Assembly: GCF_003044035.1 (NCBI RefSeq)
Contig: NZ_NVQC01000015.1
Span: forward strand, 90,001 to 122,000
Reading direction: 5' to 3'
Source of the DNA: Candidatus Methylomirabilis limnetica
GTDB lineage: Bacteria > Methylomirabilota > Methylomirabilia > Methylomirabilales > Methylomirabilaceae
DNA: 32,000 nucleotides
The position numbers and the translations under genes were made by a program. How positions within the stretch are numbered: position 1 is the first letter of the stretch; each line of letters begins with the position of its first letter. Shown piece by piece: positions 7,537-16,700 of this stretch. The notes beneath the pieces were generated by a model. That model was not told the origin of the DNA. It did not search any database and saw only the letters and a list, made by a program, of their open reading frames with translations.

Positions 7537-7657
7537 CATCCGAATCGTTCTGACCTGCGGTCGGTAAGCTCGCACTACCCCTACCTTCTCGGTTGCCTTT
7601 TCGTACGGGGTGGTCCGGCCCCGGCTAGTGCTGTCGTCTTTTGAGGAGGAACAATCG

Positions 7658-9142
7658 ATGCTTACCCTCTCCACCAAACGGCTTGGACTGATTACGCTGA
7701 TGTGCTTGGCTGCACTGATTATCGGAACTGGAGCTGCGTGGGCACAGGTCAAGAACCCAGAGCTGGAGGCCCTAAAGAAGGAGGTTGAAGAGCTTCGCCG
7801 GCGTGACGTCGAGAAGCAGGGGAAGCTGGAGGATCTCCAGCGTCAGGTTGAAGCGATGCGATCTCAATTACCAGCAGCGGAGAAACCCGTAACCCCTGAA
7901 TTGGCAATCGAGAAAGCGTTGAAGGAAATAGAGGCGCCGGCACCGGTATCCGTGACAACCGATCTCTTCGCCCGTCAGGCCGGCGGAACCACATTCCGTT
8001 TGATCGACATCTCGCTGAATGCGCTCTTCGCCGCCGGATCCTCAACTGAGCGCGACGCTTCCCTTGGCAATCTCGAGGGTGGCGACCACGACCCCCGTAA
8101 GCGCGGCTTTACAGCTCAGAACGTTGAACTGTCATTGAAGGGTGCCGTGGACCCGTACCTTACGGGCGAGGCCTATATCACCTATCTCATCGACCCTATC
8201 GTTGGGGACACTCGTGTCGAGTTGGAGGAGGCATTCTTCACCACGCAGGCGCTCCCCTACGGCCTGCAGATCAAAGGAGGACATTTTTTTACCGAGTTCG
8301 GTCAGATCAACCCCCAGCATCCCCATCAGTGGCACTGGCTGGATGAACCGGTTATCAATACCAGGCTCTTCGGTCCTGACGGGATGCGCGCGCCAGGCGT
8401 TAGATTGGGCTGGCTGGCACCTCTGCCCTGGTTCTCCGAGTTCCAAGTAGGGGTCCAAAACGCTAACGGCGAGACCATGTCGAGCTTCTTGGCGAACGAG
8501 GAGTTCTTCGAGGAGCGGCCGATCGGTGGGCGCCCGTTTGTCAATCGTGACGTCAGGAGTCTAAAGGATCTCACGTATCTTACCCGTTGGGTGAACTCCT
8601 GGAACGTCAGCGACACGATCACGACTAAGTCCGGTCTCTCAGGACTCTTTGGTCCCAACGCCTCCGGTCCAGACGGACACACACGCATCTATGGCGCCGA
8701 CCTCAAGCTGACGTGGCGCCCTGTCACCAGTTTCCGCGACTGGCCGTTCTTTCTCTGGCAGTCGGAGGTGATGGGTCGAGATTATGTGGCCGATCGTTTC
8801 TCTAACGGGGTAACCGACCTGCCGCGCAAGACCTTACGGGACTGGGGGTTCTACACCCAGGCGCTGTACGGGTTCTCCTACGGGTGGGCTGCCGGGCTAC
8901 GCTACGAGTTTGCTACCGGCAGCGGGGCGAGCGTGCTTGCCTATGATGGTAGAGGGGCCGACCCCTTCCGCGACGATCGGCATCGCCTCTCGCCCCTACT
9001 GGCCTGGCATCCATCTGAGTTCTCCCGGATTCGCTTGCAGTATAACTACGACCGGGCAGATCACCTGCAACACCAGGACGCTCATTCCGTCTGGTTGGGT
9101 GTCGAGTTCCTCTACGGCACCCACTCAGCTCACGAAGATTAG
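7658..9142 (+). CDS. Outer-membrane beta-barrel (porin-like) protein with an N-terminal coiled coil and His-rich motifs
   Basis: The start is taken at ATG 7658 (GAGGAGGA 8 nt upstream) rather than track start 7610. The signal peptide is MLTLSTKRLGLITLMCLAALIIGTGAAWA. A heptad-like coiled coil follows (ELEALKKEVEELRRRDVEKQGKLEDLQRQVEAMRSQL). The rest has an alternating beta-strand pattern and ends in VWLGVEFLYGTHSAHED. An NPQHPHQWHW motif lies at 8312-8341. Confidence 0.65.
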   Translation: MLTLSTKRLGLITLMCLAALIIGTGAAWAQVKNPELEALKKEVEELRRRDVEKQGKLEDLQRQVEAMRSQLPAAEKPVTPELAIEKALKEIEAPAPVSVTTDLFARQAGGTTFRLIDISLNALFAAGSSTERDASLGNLEGGDHDPRKRGFTAQNVELSLKGAVDPYLTGEAYITYLIDPIVGDTRVELEEAFFTTQALPYGLQIKGGHFFTEFGQINPQHPHQWHWLDEPVINTRLFGPDGMRAPGVRLGWLAPLPWFSEFQVGVQNANGETMSSFLANEEFFEERPIGGRPFVNRDVRSLKDLTYLTRWVNSWNVSDTITTKSGLSGLFGPNASGPDGHTRIYGADLKLTWRPVTSFRDWPFFLWQSEVMGRDYVADRFSNGVTDLPRKTLRDWGFYTQALYGFSYGWAAGLRYEFATGSGASVLAYDGRGADPFRDDRHRLSPLLAWHPSEFSRIRLQYNYDRADHLQHQDAHSVWLGVEFLYGTHSAHED

Positions 9143-9430
9143 CGACGCTGACGGGGGATCGCGTATACTGAAGAGACTGCAAAGATGGGGTATGCGCCAG
9201 GCGTCTTGGGTTGCCCGCTAGGATGCCTCAGCTTGGCTCTTCCGATGGCTGCGTCAGGTGAACGGGATGTTCTGAGAGCGATCAGAAAATCGTTGTTCGC
9301 TCAGGGCGAACTATGGACTACAATAGTACTGAATCAATAACTCTGAGTAGACGACAGTTAGGCCGATTGGAACGAGGAAGGCAAGGCTCGGTGCTGACAA
9401 CGCTATAAACTAAGCCTCAAAGGAGGTCAC

Positions 9431-10039
9431 ATGGTCAAGATCGGATCGAAGGCGCCGGAATTCACCGCCAATACTACCAAGGGTCCCATCGCCCTGTCCC
9501 AGTTCCGCGGCAAGTGGGTCCTATTCTTTGCTCACCCTGCCGACTTTACGCCGGTCTGTACGACGGAGTTCATTCAGTTCGCCAAGCGACACAAGGAATT
9601 CAAGGACCTGGACTGCGAGGTGATCGGCCTGAGCGTGGATAGTATCTACTCACACATCGAGTGGCTCCGCCACATGGAGGAGTCGGCCAAGGTCAAATTC
9701 GATTTCCCGGTGGTCGCCGATCCCGATAAGGTCGTGGCCAACCTCTACGACCTGATCAACCCAGAGCTCGGCCTCACCGTACGCGGTGTCTTCTTCATCG
9801 ACCCCGAGGGGATCCTCCGCTTCGCCATGTACTATCCGATCCCCTTCGGGCGAAACATCGATGAGATCCTGCGGAGCCTGAAGGCGCTACAGACCGTCGA
9901 CAAGTACGGGGTCGCCTGCCCGGTCGACTGGCAGCCCGGCCAGGATGTGATCGTTCCCCCGCCACAAACGATTGATGAGGCTGACAAGCGTGCCAAGGCA
10001 GGAGCCGAACGTTGGTACCTGACGCGGAAAAAGATCTAG
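9431..10039 (+). CDS. Peroxiredoxin (Prx6-like/1-Cys type)
   Basis: 202 aa with AAAGGAGG upstream. It carries the peroxidatic Cys motif FFAHPADFTPVCTTEF and the downstream VACPVDW. Confidence 0.92.
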   Translation: MVKIGSKAPEFTANTTKGPIALSQFRGKWVLFFAHPADFTPVCTTEFIQFAKRHKEFKDLDCEVIGLSVDSIYSHIEWLRHMEESAKVKFDFPVVADPDKVVANLYDLINPELGLTVRGVFFIDPEGILRFAMYYPIPFGRNIDEILRSLKALQTVDKYGVACPVDWQPGQDVIVPPPQTIDEADKRAKAGAERWYLTRKKI

Positions 10040-10073
10040 CGGCGGCCTCCGATCCCCGATCGGGGTAGAGGAC

Positions 10074-10322
10074 ATGCCGATGCGGCGCATTGTTGTTCGG
10101 GCTCCCGCGTGTAGCGCGGATATCATCACCTACTTAAAGCGCGTCTTTCAGATTCATGCCGAGGAGCTTCAGCCCGGCGAGCGAGTGGAATTTGCGTTTG
10201 ACGCCGGTCCATTCCCGTTTGCGGCCGCGATTTTCGTATCGTTGCTGACCGACGTCGGCCTGAAAATCCTCTCAACGCGTGAGGAGGATAACATCCGAGT
10301 CTTTGAGGTCGAGAAGCTGTAG
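10074..10322 (+). CDS. Small TusA/SirA-fold-like protein with a degenerate active-site motif (tentative)
   Basis: 82 aa. The layout resembles TusA (..CP.P....K.....L.PGE.LEV..D......DI......G..L......D...RF.I.K). Here CSAD replaces the CPxP motif (APACSADIITYLKRVF...LQPGERVEFAFD...GLKILSTREEDNIRVFEVEKL). The family assignment is weak. Confidence 0.35.
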   Translation: MPMRRIVVRAPACSADIITYLKRVFQIHAEELQPGERVEFAFDAGPFPFAAAIFVSLLTDVGLKILSTREEDNIRVFEVEKL

Positions 10323-10346
10323 CGTGGACACTCATCAGGAGCATCG

Positions 10347-10829
10347 GTGACCAAACTACTGGGCAACTGGCAGACAGAAACGAAGCTCTGGCAGGTCGCA
10401 CTCCTACGCATCTTTTTTGGCTACTACTTTTTCCTGGATGGCGTCGGGAAGTTGACCGGCGGCTTTACCGGTTCAGACGCGCTGGAGAAGTGGCTCACGA
10501 CCAAGACCACCGGGGCGTTTGGCTGGTATAAGCCGTTCCTGACCGGCGTGGCAATTCCCCATCATCAGCTCTTTGCCGAACTGGTCACCTGGGGGATGAT
10601 CCTGGCCGGCCTGGCGCTCCTGCTTGGGTTCTTGACGCGTCCGGCTGCGCTGGCGGGGATCTTCATGACGCTCAGTTTCTTTCTGGCCAAGGGGGGCGGG
10701 TCGCCAGCCACCACCTCGGACCAGGCGTTTATGGCCGGTCTGCTGGTGGTCTTCCTCACGCGGGCCGGTCGCTCGTTTGGATTCGATCGCTGGTTGGCTC
10801 GGCGCTATCCACACTCCCCGCTCTGGTAG
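10347..10829 (+). CDS. DoxX-family membrane protein
   Basis: 160 aa with a GTG start and GGAG 6 nt upstream. It has four hydrophobic segments and the DoxX-like pattern ALLRIFFGYYFFLDGVGKL ... GMILAGLALLLGFLTRPAALAG. Confidence 0.8.
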   Translation: MTKLLGNWQTETKLWQVALLRIFFGYYFFLDGVGKLTGGFTGSDALEKWLTTKTTGAFGWYKPFLTGVAIPHHQLFAELVTWGMILAGLALLLGFLTRPAALAGIFMTLSFFLAKGGGSPATTSDQAFMAGLLVVFLTRAGRSFGFDRWLARRYPHSPLW

Positions 10830-10857
10830 GTCATCGAAGGGAACCCGGGAGCACTAA

Positions 10858-10882
10858 CGTAGGGGCGCCGCTTGCTGCGCCC
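10858..10882. repeat. Family-c palindromic repeat (cgtaggggcgc-N-gcgccc)
   Basis: cgtaggggcgccgcttgctgcgccc is the reverse complement (24/25) of 12176-12200 inside folC. It is related to 29624-29653. Confidence 0.8.
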
Positions 10883-10905
10883 GCTTTGCACAGGAGGAAT
10901 CGCAG

Positions 10906-11664
10906 ATGAAGCGAACGGCTCTCGTTACAGGGGCTGCACTCCTATTCCTCACCATCACTTACGGGCTGACGAGTGCCCAGATGGCGGCGCCTGTTCAGGA
11001 TAATGTCGAGATGCTGGCCATCCCGGCAGGCGAGTTCCTCATGGGCTCCAATGATCCAGAGGCCGATGACAATGAGAAGCCGACCTCAAAGGTCTTCGTG
11101 GGGCCCTTCTCCATTGACAAATTCGAGGTGACGAACGGCCGCTACCTGCCCTGCATCGAGGCGGGTGCCTGCACCCGGCCGCCCAACCGAGGATACGATG
11201 ATTCCACCAAGGCCAGCCTGCCGGCAACCATCATCAGTTATCAGGCGGCGGTGGCGTACTGCCGATGGGTCGGCAAGCGCCTGCCGACTGAGGCGGAGTG
11301 GGAAAGGGCTGCCCGCGGCACCGATGGCCGACGTTATCCATGGGGCAATACCTTCGAGGCTGAACGGGCCAACGTCGGATACTCGGTCGGGTCCGCCACC
11401 TCTGTGGGGAGCTACCCAAAAGGGGCCTCCCCTTACGGGGTGATGGATATGGCCGGCAATGTCTGGGAGTGGACATCGTCACTCTACAAGCCCTATCCCT
11501 ATGATCCCGGTGACGGACGCGAAGACCCCACCGTCAGAGGCAGCAGGGTCGAGCGAGGTGGGGGGTGGTACACTCCAGAGTGGCATGCGCGGACGACCCG
11601 GCGGACCGCCAGCGGCCACGTCTATCGCCGCTTCAACGACCTTGGGTTCCGCTGCGCCAAGTAG
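10906..11664 (+). CDS. Secreted formylglycine-generating-enzyme (SUMF1/FGE-sulfatase) family protein
   Basis: 252 aa with GGAGG upstream and a signal peptide (MKRTALVTGAALLFLTITYGLTSAQ). It carries the hallmark FGE-domain motifs MAGNVWEWTSS, VERGGGW and LGFRCAK. Confidence 0.88.
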   Translation: MKRTALVTGAALLFLTITYGLTSAQMAAPVQDNVEMLAIPAGEFLMGSNDPEADDNEKPTSKVFVGPFSIDKFEVTNGRYLPCIEAGACTRPPNRGYDDSTKASLPATIISYQAAVAYCRWVGKRLPTEAEWERAARGTDGRRYPWGNTFEAERANVGYSVGSATSVGSYPKGASPYGVMDMAGNVWEWTSSLYKPYPYDPGDGREDPTVRGSRVERGGGWYTPEWHARTTRRTASGHVYRRFNDLGFRCAK

Positions 11665-11750
11665 CGATCTCTGCTGGAGCTCGTCATGTCATCTCAGATG
11701 ATTGATCAGTTGCTGGATGACTGTAACTCAGTGGCCCCTGTAGGTACGTT

Positions 11751-13157
11751 GTGACCTATCCCCAGGCGATTGCCTATCTCTATGGGCTCCAGCGTTACGG
11801 CGTGAAGCTGGATCTCGAGAATATCCAGCGGCTTCTTGGGGCGGTTGGAGATCCGCACCGTCGGTTTCCGTCCATTCTAATCGGGGGGACTAACGGCAAA
11901 GGGTCTACCGCTGCCTTTCTCGCGTCGATCCTGAAGACTGCCGGATATCGGGTCGGGCTCTACACCTCACCGCATCTCCTGGAGTTCACGGAGCGGATTC
12001 AGGTAGACGGTCAGGCCATCGCGGAGGCCGACGTCGTCGCCCTCACCAATGAACTTCGTCACGTCATCGCTGAGTTCTTTCCGACACCCTACACCCTACA
12101 CCCGGCATCCGGAACGCCAAAACCCCCCACCCCCCCTTTACAAAAGGGGGGCACGGGGGGATTTCGCCACGCACCGGGCGCAGCAAGCAGCGCCCCTACG
12201 CACCCCACCTTTTTCGAAGTCGCGACCGCCCTTGCCTTCATGCACTTCGTTCGCAGCAAGGTGGACTACGCGGTGGTGGAAGTAGGGATGGGGGGGCGGT
12301 TCGATGCCACTAACGTCATCGACGCCCAGGTAGCGGTCATCACCAATATCGCCTTGGAGCATGAGGAGTATCTTGGAAAGACGCTAGGAGCGATCGCCGC
12401 AGAGAAGGCAGGAATCGTCAAGGAGGGAACGCGGGTCGTCACTGCCGTCGATGCCCCCGAAGCCCTGGCCGTCATTACCGACGCCTGTCGAAAGCGGGGC
12501 GCGACCCTTTTCGATGTCCGGAACTCATACGACTGGCGGGTTCACCGGTCAGATCTCTCCGGTCAGCGATTCAGCTTGGGCGAAAAGGGGCAGCCCACCG
12601 AAACCTTCGACATCCCCCTTCTCGGCAGGCATCAGGTCATCAACGCGGTCGCTGCTCTTGCAGCGGCCCGACTCCTCCGGACCGCTGGCGCCGTCATTTC
12701 GGAGGGTTCAATCCGCGAAGGGTTACGCCAGGCACAATGGCCTGGCCGTCTCCAGATTTTCCCCGGCCGCCCCCTTGTAATCCTGGATGGCGCCCACAAC
12801 CCGGCAGGCGCGATCGCACTACGGGCTTTTCTCGAGGAGCAAGGGTTTGCCGGTCGCTTGACCCTGGTGTTCGGCGTGCTGCAGGATAAGAACTGGATCG
12901 CGATGCTGCAAGAGTTGGGGCCACTGGCAAAGCGGGTGATCCTCACCCGTCCGGAGAGTGAGCGTGCCGCCGATCCGCGCCGTCTGCCGGAGGCCGAACG
13001 CTTCTGTCCTAAGATCGAGATCCTGGAGGATGTGGCCGAGGCGATCGCACTGGCCAAGACAGTGACCGATCCAGAGGATGCCGTTGTCGTCACAGGCTCC
13101 CTCTTCGTCGTCTCGGCGGCCCTGCGCGCACTCGAGGTACAGGGGAGGCAGACGTGA
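11751..13157 (+). CDS. folC: Bifunctional folylpolyglutamate synthase/dihydrofolate synthase
   Basis: 468 aa with a GTG start. Motifs include the P-loop GGTNGKGST, YTSPHL, FFEVATALAF and EVGMGGRFDATNV. It has an extra ~40-aa segment between SPHL and FFE (see the repeat feature and finding). Confidence 0.9.
   Translation: MTYPQAIAYLYGLQRYGVKLDLENIQRLLGAVGDPHRRFPSILIGGTNGKGSTAAFLASILKTAGYRVGLYTSPHLLEFTERIQVDGQAIAEADVVALTNELRHVIAEFFPTPYTLHPASGTPKPPTPPLQKGGTGGFRHAPGAASSAPTHPTFFEVATALAFMHFVRSKVDYAVVEVGMGGRFDATNVIDAQVAVITNIALEHEEYLGKTLGAIAAEKAGIVKEGTRVVTAVDAPEALAVITDACRKRGATLFDVRNSYDWRVHRSDLSGQRFSLGEKGQPTETFDIPLLGRHQVINAVAALAAARLLRTAGAVISEGSIREGLRQAQWPGRLQIFPGRPLVILDGAHNPAGAIALRAFLEEQGFAGRLTLVFGVLQDKNWIAMLQELGPLAKRVILTRPESERAADPRRLPEAERFCPKIEILEDVAEAIALAKTVTDPEDAVVVTGSLFVVSAALRALEVQGRQT
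12081..12205 (+). repeat. Composite palindromic repeat element (families a and c plus an accctac tandem) embedded in frame in folC
   Basis: It contains accctacaccctacaccc, a 9-bp stem at 12131-12139/12143-12151 (ccccccttt/aaagggggg), ggggggatttcg, and gggcgcagcaagcagcgcccctacgcacc (12176-12204). The same modules occur in intergenic DNA at 4300-4360, 10858-10882, 28515-28575 and 29624-29653. Confidence 0.75.
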
Positions 13158-13171
13158 GGCGCCATCCCCCC

Positions 13172-13248
13172 GTCATTGCGAGCGCAGCGAAGCAATCTCG
13201 CCGTTCTGCACCAAGATTGCCGCGCACCCTTCGGGTGCTCGCAATGAC
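13172..13248. repeat. Long hairpin repeat downstream of folC (family d, gtcattgcgagc...gctcgcaatgac)
   Basis: A perfect 12-bp inverted repeat lies at 13172-13183/13237-13248. Inner hairpins are attgc/gcaat (13175-13179/13192-13196) and gcaccc-ttc-gggtgc (13224-13238). A related half-copy (gattgcgcaagcgcgaagcaatgcc) is present near 4434-4458. No U-tract follows. Confidence 0.7.
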
Positions 13249-13456
13249 AGGCAAACGACCCGGCTGCGATGTCAATCTCTATCCCTGAGTCCGCGCAATC
13301 GATTTTGCGGCCATCGGAAGGTGTGGTAGCATCACGGAGACTGTGACCCATAGCCCAAATTAGAGTTTCGGGTTTTGAGTCTCGATCTTCGGGTTAGACG
13401 CAACGACGCGGCAGACGCCGCACGCAATAGACGCGTCCGAGGAGGTGTGTCTGCAC

Positions 13457-14845
13457 GTGAACGATCTCTGCACGGTCATCCTGGCTGCCGGCCAGGGTAG
13501 CAGGATGCGCTCGAAGCTCCCGAAGGTGGCACACCAGGTGGCCGGCCTGCCGATGATCGCCTACGTCGTCGAAGCGTGCCGCCCTTTCCTGGCAAAGCGA
13601 ACGCTCGTGATCGTCGGCTACCAAGCCGACAGAGTAAGAGAGGCCCTGGCTGGCAAAGCCGTCGAATTCGTTTGCCAACCGAAACGGCGAGGTACAGCTC
13701 ACGCCTTACTCCAAGCCCAAGAGGCCCTTGCTGACTTCGATGGCGATCTGTTGGTCGTATCGGGGGATACGCCCCTCCTCACCTCAGCAACCCTCGACGG
13801 CCTCCTGCTGGCGCACCGCGAGGCCCGTGCGCTGGCCACCGTGCTCACGGCTGAGGTGGCTGAGCCAACCGGCTACGGACGGATTGTGCGATCCGCTACA
13901 GGGGAACTCCTGCGGATCGTCGAGGAGCTGGAGGCTACGCCGCAGGAGCGGCAAATCCACGAAATCAACGCCGGAGTCTATTGCTTTGCCGCACCCGCGC
14001 TTTTTAAGGCCCTCCAGACGATCCGTCCTTCCGCTGTCAAGGGTGAACTCTATCTCCCTGACGCCATCGCGCTGTTGCGGGATCGCGACGGGGGCGTGCA
14101 GGCTTGCCGAGTGCTCGATCCCGACGAGGTGCGAGGGGTCAACACCCGCGCCGAGCTGGCTGAGATCCATCGTCTTCTTTGGCGAAAGACCGCCATGCGA
14201 CTGCTCACCGAGGGGGTCACCCTGCTCGACCCCGAGCGTACCTACATAGGCCCGTATGTCAGGATCAGTCCCGATTCGATCCTCTATCCCAACGTCACCC
14301 TCGAAGGGCAAACCGTGATCGGGGAGGGGACAACGATCTACTCAGGCTGCCGGATCCGCAATTCGACGGTGGGCGATGGCACTGTTATCCTTGATGGATG
14401 CATTATCCAAGAGAGCCAGATCGGTGATGGGTGCCAGATCGGACCCTACGCACACCTAAGGCCCCACACTCAGCTTCACCACCGGGCCAAGATTGGAAAC
14501 TTCGTGGAGGTTAAGAAGTCGATCATCGGCGAAGGGTCCAAGGTCCCACACTTGAGCTACATCGGCGACACCAGTATCGGGGAGCGGGTCAACATCGGCG
14601 CCGGGACGATTACTTGTAACTATGACGGCGTCACCAAGCACCAGACCGTCATCGAAGACGACGTGTTTGTGGGCAGCAACGCGAGCCTCGTGGCGCCGGT
14701 TTCGGTGGGCCGCGGCGCCATCATTGCTGCCGGATCGACCATCACAGAGGACGTACCGGCCGATGCGCTGGCGTTGGGCCGGGCACGGCAGATCAATAAG
14801 ACCGGCTTCGCTGCGGTATTTCGGTCTAAGCAGCAGAAGGGGTAG
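13457..14845 (+). CDS. glmU: Bifunctional UDP-N-acetylglucosamine pyrophosphorylase / glucosamine-1-phosphate N-acetyltransferase
   Basis: The track ORF starts at GTG 13445, which overlaps the GAGGAGG at 13439-13445, so GTG 13457 is preferred. Motifs include ILAAGQGSRM and C-terminal hexapeptide-repeat (left-handed beta-helix) sequence. It lies immediately upstream of glmS. Confidence 0.92.
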   Translation: MNDLCTVILAAGQGSRMRSKLPKVAHQVAGLPMIAYVVEACRPFLAKRTLVIVGYQADRVREALAGKAVEFVCQPKRRGTAHALLQAQEALADFDGDLLVVSGDTPLLTSATLDGLLLAHREARALATVLTAEVAEPTGYGRIVRSATGELLRIVEELEATPQERQIHEINAGVYCFAAPALFKALQTIRPSAVKGELYLPDAIALLRDRDGGVQACRVLDPDEVRGVNTRAELAEIHRLLWRKTAMRLLTEGVTLLDPERTYIGPYVRISPDSILYPNVTLEGQTVIGEGTTIYSGCRIRNSTVGDGTVILDGCIIQESQIGDGCQIGPYAHLRPHTQLHHRAKIGNFVEVKKSIIGEGSKVPHLSYIGDTSIGERVNIGAGTITCNYDGVTKHQTVIEDDVFVGSNASLVAPVSVGRGAIIAAGSTITEDVPADALALGRARQINKTGFAAVFRSKQQKG

Positions 14846-14849
14846 AGCG

Positions 14850-16685
14850 ATGTGCGGAATCGTGGGGTATGTCGGACACAAGAAGGTCGTCCCGATCCTC
14901 CTGGAGGGGCTCAAGCGGCTGGAGTATCGGGGCTACGACTCGGCCGGCCTGGCCATCATCCAACAGGACCGGATCGCCCTGTATCGCAGCGTGGGGAAGA
15001 TCAAGGAGCTGGAGAACGCCCTGTGGGGTCGTGACCTCTCAGGAGAGGTTGGTCTTGGCCACACGCGCTGGGCCACACACGGCCGGCCCACAGAAGCGAA
15101 CGCGCATCCCCACAGCGATTGTACAGGCGACCTAGTCGTCGTCCACAACGGCATTATCGAGAACTACCTTGCCCTGAAAGAAAAGCTCCAGCAGGAGGGA
15201 CACCGCTTCACGTCCGATACCGACACCGAGGTGGTCGCCCACCTGATCGAGGCGCAACTTCAGGAAACGGGAGACTTAGAGGTTGCCGTACGCCGAGCGC
15301 TAACCAGCGTCGTTGGGGCCTACGCGCTTGGGGTTCTCTGGAAGAGCGATCCGCGCAGACTGGTGGCGGCCAGGAATGGCAGCCCACTGGTCGTGGGGCT
15401 TGGTGACGGGGAGTTCTTCATCGCCTCCGACGTCACCGCCATACTTTCCCACACCCGCGATGTCCTGTTTTTGGACGACGAAGAGATAGTGGTCCTCTCC
15501 CATGACGGTGTCAACGTCACAACCTTGACAGGGGAGCCGGTGGAGAAAAAGATCCAGAAGATCCTCTGGACCCCCATCATGGCCGAGAAGAGCGGATACG
15601 AGCACTTCATGCTGAAGGAGATCTACGAGCAGCCCAGAGCCATCCGTGACACTATCCATGGTTGCTTCTCGTTGGAGAGTGGACAGATCTACCTCGAAGG
15701 GCTGGAGTCACTCCGCAGCACGCTGCCGACGATCGATCGGATCGTCCTCGTCGCCTGCGGGACCTCCTGGCATGCCGGGCTGGTCGGCAAATTCCTCATC
15801 GAGGATCTGGCGCGTATTCCGGTCGAGGTGGACTATGGCTCCGAGTTCCGATACCGCAACCCGATCCTGAATGAGCGGACGCTGGTCGTCACAATCAGTC
15901 AGTCCGGTGAAACGCTGGATACCCTGGTCTCCCTGCGCGAAACCCGTCGCCACGGCTGTAAGTCCCTCGCCATCTGCAACGTGGTCGGCTCTACGCTCAG
16001 CCGCGAAAGCGATGGCGTCCTGTACACCCACGCCGGCCCGGAGATCGGCGTCGCCTCGACTAAGGCTTTCACCTCCCAACTCGCCGCTCTCTACCTGCTG
16101 GCATTGGCCCTAGGTCGAGCCAGAGGGTGCCTCGATGGAACGAGATCCCAGGAATTACTCAGTGAGCTGGTCCGCCTGCCACAGCAGATGGAGCAGGTAC
16201 TCTCCCTCGGGCCCGCGCTGGAAGAACTGGCTGGGCACTTCTACACCGCCTCGGATTTCCTCTACCTTGGCCGCGGCATCAACTACCCCATCGCGCTGGA
16301 GGGGGCCCTGAAGCTCAAGGAGATCTCCTATATCCACGCCGAGGGGTATCCGGCCGGCGAGATGAAACACGGACCCATCGCCATGATTACTGAAGAGATG
16401 CCAGTAGTCTTTCTCGCGCCAAAGGATAGGACCTTCGAGAAGGTGTTGGGCAATATCGAGGAAGTGAAAACGCGTAACGGGATCGTCATCGCCCTCTCCG
16501 ACGAGACCGATTCCCGCCTGATGGCCAAGGCCGACCATTTGGTCAACATCCCTCACACCTCCCCTCACCTGATGCCCCTACTCCTTGTCGTCCCCCTGCA
16601 ACTCCTCGCCTACCATATCGCCGTACGGAAGGGGTGTGACGTGGACCAGCCCCGCAACCTCGCCAAGAGCGTAACGGTCGAGTAG
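14850..16685 (+). CDS. glmS: Glutamine--fructose-6-phosphate aminotransferase (isomerising)
   Basis: The true start is ATG 14850 (MCGIVGYVG, with Cys2 as nucleophile), 4 nt after the glmU stop. The track ORF extends upstream to 14622 inside glmU. It has two SIS domains and the C-terminus NLAKSVTVE. Confidence 0.97.
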   Translation: MCGIVGYVGHKKVVPILLEGLKRLEYRGYDSAGLAIIQQDRIALYRSVGKIKELENALWGRDLSGEVGLGHTRWATHGRPTEANAHPHSDCTGDLVVVHNGIIENYLALKEKLQQEGHRFTSDTDTEVVAHLIEAQLQETGDLEVAVRRALTSVVGAYALGVLWKSDPRRLVAARNGSPLVVGLGDGEFFIASDVTAILSHTRDVLFLDDEEIVVLSHDGVNVTTLTGEPVEKKIQKILWTPIMAEKSGYEHFMLKEIYEQPRAIRDTIHGCFSLESGQIYLEGLESLRSTLPTIDRIVLVACGTSWHAGLVGKFLIEDLARIPVEVDYGSEFRYRNPILNERTLVVTISQSGETLDTLVSLRETRRHGCKSLAICNVVGSTLSRESDGVLYTHAGPEIGVASTKAFTSQLAALYLLALALGRARGCLDGTRSQELLSELVRLPQQMEQVLSLGPALEELAGHFYTASDFLYLGRGINYPIALEGALKLKEISYIHAEGYPAGEMKHGPIAMITEEMPVVFLAPKDRTFEKVLGNIEEVKTRNGIVIALSDETDSRLMAKADHLVNIPHTSPHLMPLLLVVPLQLLAYHIAVRKGCDVDQPRNLAKSVTVE

Positions 16686-16700
16686 GCGCGAGTTGAAAGA

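Noticed and set aside
10049-10065. Small palindrome ccgatccccgatcgggg between the peroxiredoxin stop and the next gene, as a terminator
   Set aside because: The stem is only 4-6 bp with no U-tract, and the next ORF starts 9 nt later. It is too weak to call.
12632-13351. 239-aa minus-strand ORF across the folC 3' end and the downstream hairpin repeat
   Set aside because: It is antisense to folC and extremely Arg/Ser/Ala-rich. Its upstream part is encoded by the family-d palindromic repeat, which reads open in several frames.
14622-14849. Upstream extension of the glmS ORF (track start 14622)
   Set aside because: GlmS must begin with Met-Cys (MCGIVGY at 14850). The extension overlaps the glmU hexapeptide-repeat region in another frame.
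14846-14849. glmS ribozyme upstream of glmS
   Set aside because: Only 4 nt separate the glmU stop from the glmS start, leaving no room for the roughly 170-nt ribozyme.
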